From Piromyces finnis finn (lineage: Eukaryota; Fungi; Neocallimastigomycota): DNA of 64,000 nucleotides. The notes beneath the pieces were generated by a model that saw only the letters and a list, made by a program, of their open reading frames with translations, was not told where the DNA came from and made no database searches. The position numbers and the translations under genes are program-made. The first letter of the stretch is position 1; every line of letters starts with the position of its first letter. The DNA lies in contig MCFH01000003.1 in the NCBI GenBank assembly GCA_002104945.1, positions 434,001 to 498,000 of the forward strand. The letters are read 5' to 3'. Shown in pieces: positions 62,501 to 64,000 of this stretch.

Positions 62501-63279
62501 CTACCAGGTAAAGAAGCAGCAGCACAACTATGCATACTCATACCATTAAGAACACTGAAGCCAGTATCAGAAGCAAGAATAGCATATCTATTCATTTCAT
62601 CGACTTGACCTGGAGCAGTGTATACACTAGTATTAGTTCCAGAAAGGACATCTGGATCAATACCTGCATCTTGGAAGGCTTCATAAGTAGTTTCTAAAAC
62701 CCAACGGAACTTTGGATCAAGAGCAGAGGCTTCATTTGGGTTCATGTTGAAGAACATTGGATCAAAGTCAGAAATTGGGGCAGCATCTGGGGTAGAATCA
62801 TAACGACCATAGTTGTAAATATAATGTTCTCCTGGCTTTAAGTTTTCTTCTTTAGACATGTAGTGGTGAAGGTGACGATTTGTACCAATTGGTGAGATAC
62901 AGAATCTACCATCAACTAAGCTATTCCAGTATTTGTCAACAGTATTTATACCTCCTGGAAGTCTTAACGCAATACCAACAACAGCAATTTGAACTTGATT
63001 TTGGTATTCTGGATTAACACTTGGTTTTTGAACCATTTGATTCATTGTCATTAAAAGTTGACTAAGAAGTTCTAATGAAGATTGTTGGAAAAATGGGCTT
63101 AAGTCAATAGAAGTGGTAGGGGCAATACCAACAACTTGACAAAGTTGATTTTGGAAATCAGAAAAATCTTGGGCTTTTAAACCTAAGCTAACAACAGTTT
63201 CATTAGAAGCTTGAATATCTTTTAATTCCTTAAGATTTGGAACAAAGTTTTGTAATTGATTATAAATTATGCTAATCAT
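56572..63279 (-). CDS. Intronless type I polyketide synthase, 2235 aa: (ACP-like)-KS-AT-DH-KR-ACP-TE-like
   Basis: KS DTACSS, HGTGT, NIGH. AT GHSLG and AFHS. DH HVITGYGCIP and DAALH. KR TGGLGGVG, HTAGVNDD and Y...N. ACP LGIDS. C-terminal alpha/beta-hydrolase-like region with GNGFG and GNHW. No ER motif recognised. Confidence 0.93.
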   Translation of the reverse strand: MISIIYNQLQNFVPNLKELKDIQASNETVVSLGLKAQDFSDFQNQLCQVVGIAPTTSIDLSPFFQQSSLELLSQLLMTMNQMVQKPSVNPEYQNQVQIAVVGIALRLPGGINTVDKYWNSLVDGRFCISPIGTNRHLHHYMSKEENLKPGEHYIYNYGRYDSTPDAAPISDFDPMFFNMNPNEASALDPKFRWVLETTYEAFQDAGIDPDVLSGTNTSVYTAPGQVDEMNRYAILASDTGFSVLNGMSMHSCAAASLPGRISFMYNLLGAAHTVDTACSSGLVATHDAVKDLNLGETDLAIVNAAHCPFMSSGFSLLSVAKMVSRNCRCAAYDEAADGYVPGEGCVTIILKRKDDAIRDHNKIYGLINAAAVGQSGSRASMSSPTVIGQTNIHKQVLKKAGVNPSDIDYMEGHGTGTKLGDRIEAEAINNVFKGSHSKERPLVLASVKTNIGHTEEVSGLASLVKVLLAMKNKTVAPHLHFKNPSPLIDFDSVPLHIPTQKEEWKPAEGKKRTALISSYGLSGSVSDVIVEEYIEPETKEVYPINDTYHVLTISGKSNAALIAVAKQYIELLESLDSNAPIADICYTSNVCRQHMKYRYAVIGRNAAELAAELNEYVNQNKKNARSDKTEVGMSFTGQGSIKSGVGLELYRTQPVFRDALNKCDVVVKKATGISLIDALYNPSQSHHLNKAQIAQPALFAYEYAMCMLWKSWGINPTIVNGHSLGEIVAAASTGAMDIDLAIDFIIERARCMGEYGEKPGTMVSVFEKEDVIKEAIEEFGYDEEVSVAAINGVTHTVISGYEDEVDDITEYFSQMNIKTKKLNVTDAFHSPLMDPAVSELNKWIERKDDSKFRQDLKVKFISNVDGNIKPVGSRLEEDYWGKHARNAVRFVDGVKSMIESEKKLLAVIEVGPAATLTNMSSRFVRETESLRGTGPTFIASSVADQNSEQYLFNALCKFYMIGGNIDWNVFHQRIDPTSGKVIPHSLYDLPLYPFQRSRYWLETAEQCAQPIDGGSNKANWDLYKSVTIISNNESELIVAAPLTPQYVEYLFKNHVITGYGCIPAAAYTEFIYTAMKAINNYEDDIIEICDEMLIRSPLNIKADSNVDFLMKKKGDRIAVYAKVDGGIENHMLNASALLLKEGENADLFDTLPKPDEVKALIEKIMTKENTHSSDILYDSIRESSLYGGGFPSVKEFAVGTNDEGSTVLVSRLDSKDRTINNINSGLSQVYLFDAALHSDAGKDTLVAIKKENMGDPFLPSSFENLIKYKPIPDDCYVIHKHMEGTEPNAAFTSFSVYDLDGNICQYCGAFQTRRVKMKTKETDPEFELYTIDFKEIPTPPKEITKTPFFYILADNKGYADTFVKYMKSKVSDFRHVKINMPTKDECSKELIQQNLKELGIKESGMEEETIAVVNFMAMGLEVQEASSIDPSSTAFNDILRSTYENNLVFIQNFTQIIDVYDCKKSFCYVTKNATDYWKGEIDLLQGIVSGISKSFWKEYMDIRVFDLDNDRNASKEDISSRIYTEVMSSVDRYNVSFEVIYDKNGKRYEGRIKNFKSPAVNFAGESEHNYTGTILITGGLGGVGYDISRFLMKQPNLKGLVLTGRRPETDEKVAAKLSSIREVNKAIKVTYITVNVGSQTEMKEVISGIKASGSKLTGIIHTAGVNDDGLIFNQSYERFAKLINSKIEGSHCIAKITEGMNLEFILLFSSMTSFFGNRGQINYCVANMFVNKIAHYYRSHGRKDIITLQLAVWPSGLTSKILDNTFQFNEYNSINLVSNLISHPGDIAPVVFGTPIVQWENVFDHNICDPIYRSVRPANRPKLDFKTANDQNYIREDTTTTQKVTESNSKKEISEDNIYEIMEHELKNVLQYGENDEIDPYQSLTELGIDSIMMMELRTIMRTATGINIPLVVFSTQNICLYRLVEYVKSKMVNEKKEEADAKTPVISEEEKNAKKIEEQKAKEEAAKLISDDEVNQWIVPVEGCEGIEDPLNVFIFFPSADEGEIDYAEYVEDMEDSLLFTVNLPGYGVRKDEPLVTDWDLLVKNVTKAIIKSDESEKFKDCNAIHFIGNGFGALLAWKTLLQIQIYEDEDKDVPIISTLIISRALAPSVKRPIEFNGEVMAKYSPEQIASYLEKTECQVEFTGDNEYLLPVIKNEYAMIDSITNENDMKIRSKLLMFSGKQDKIIDDNNTSLWKKEVSDEFSEFTQHIKMRGNHWFMIKDSSKYLKNIMENLD

Positions 63280-64000
63280 TTTTATTTTATTTAATTATAT
63301 AAAATAACGCTTTTAAAATATATAGCTTTTTAATTTAAAATCTTTATTTATTAATTAAAATGGTTAATTTAGTTAGAATAAATGTAGTTTTTAAATTATT
63401 TATTTAATTGTTATTCTTATTATTTATATTATAAAACTTACTTAAGTATATGTACGTTTATAATAGTTTTAAAATAATATCTTTTTCAATTTTAATAAAT
63501 ATTCTAATAAATATTAATAAATATTTATATATCTAGTCTTTTAAATTTTACTGTATTTTATTAAATTAGTTTTTTCCTTAATATTTACAATAAAAAAGGG
63601 ATAATGAACCTAGTAAAATATATAATATATATTAAAGAAAAGGAAAATTAATTAAAAACAGTTATATTATTATTCTATTATTATTATTCAATTTTTTTTC
63701 TCAATATCATGTTTTTATTATAAAATAATATATAAAAAAAGAAAAAATTTTTTTTTTTTTTTTTTTACAAATGAATAATATTATCAATTGTTATCTATAT
63801 TTTAATAATAACTTTTCTAAAAAACTTGACTTTTTTGATATTACTATTTTTATATTATTTCTATTCATTAATTATTAAAAAATAAATACTAATATCATAG
63901 TTTCTAACTTTTTTACTATAAAATATGAAAATAAAAAAGGTTGATAAAATATATTATTGTTTATCTATTTTTTTATCTATTTTCTTTAAATTCACTTTTT

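Overview
Very AT-rich eukaryotic DNA with spliceosomal introns, most consistent with an anaerobic gut fungus (Neocallimastigomycota), judged from the hydrogenosomal succinyl-CoA synthetase beta gene, intron style and base composition. About half the window is two clusters of one young, single-ORF non-LTR retrotransposon family (N-terminal domain, APE endonuclease, RT, CCHC knuckle, poly(A) tail), all on the minus strand: 7 copies at 1-26405 (E0-E6) and 2 at 48469-55371 (E7-E8). Copies are nested or head-to-tail, mostly joined within a structured 124-bp repeat at the element 5' end, with readable target-site duplications. One nested copy (E8) matches a retrocopy of a spliced element RNA lacking an 853-nt GT-AG intron. 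Host genes are scsB, an intronless HNH-motif protein, a GH47 alpha-1,2-mannosidase, a PKA-type kinase, a single-pass membrane protein and an intronless type I PKS whose terminal thioesterase-like domain lacks the catalytic serine. No rRNA, tRNA or CRISPR array was recognised. Exon and junction coordinates were read by eye and may be off by a few bases.
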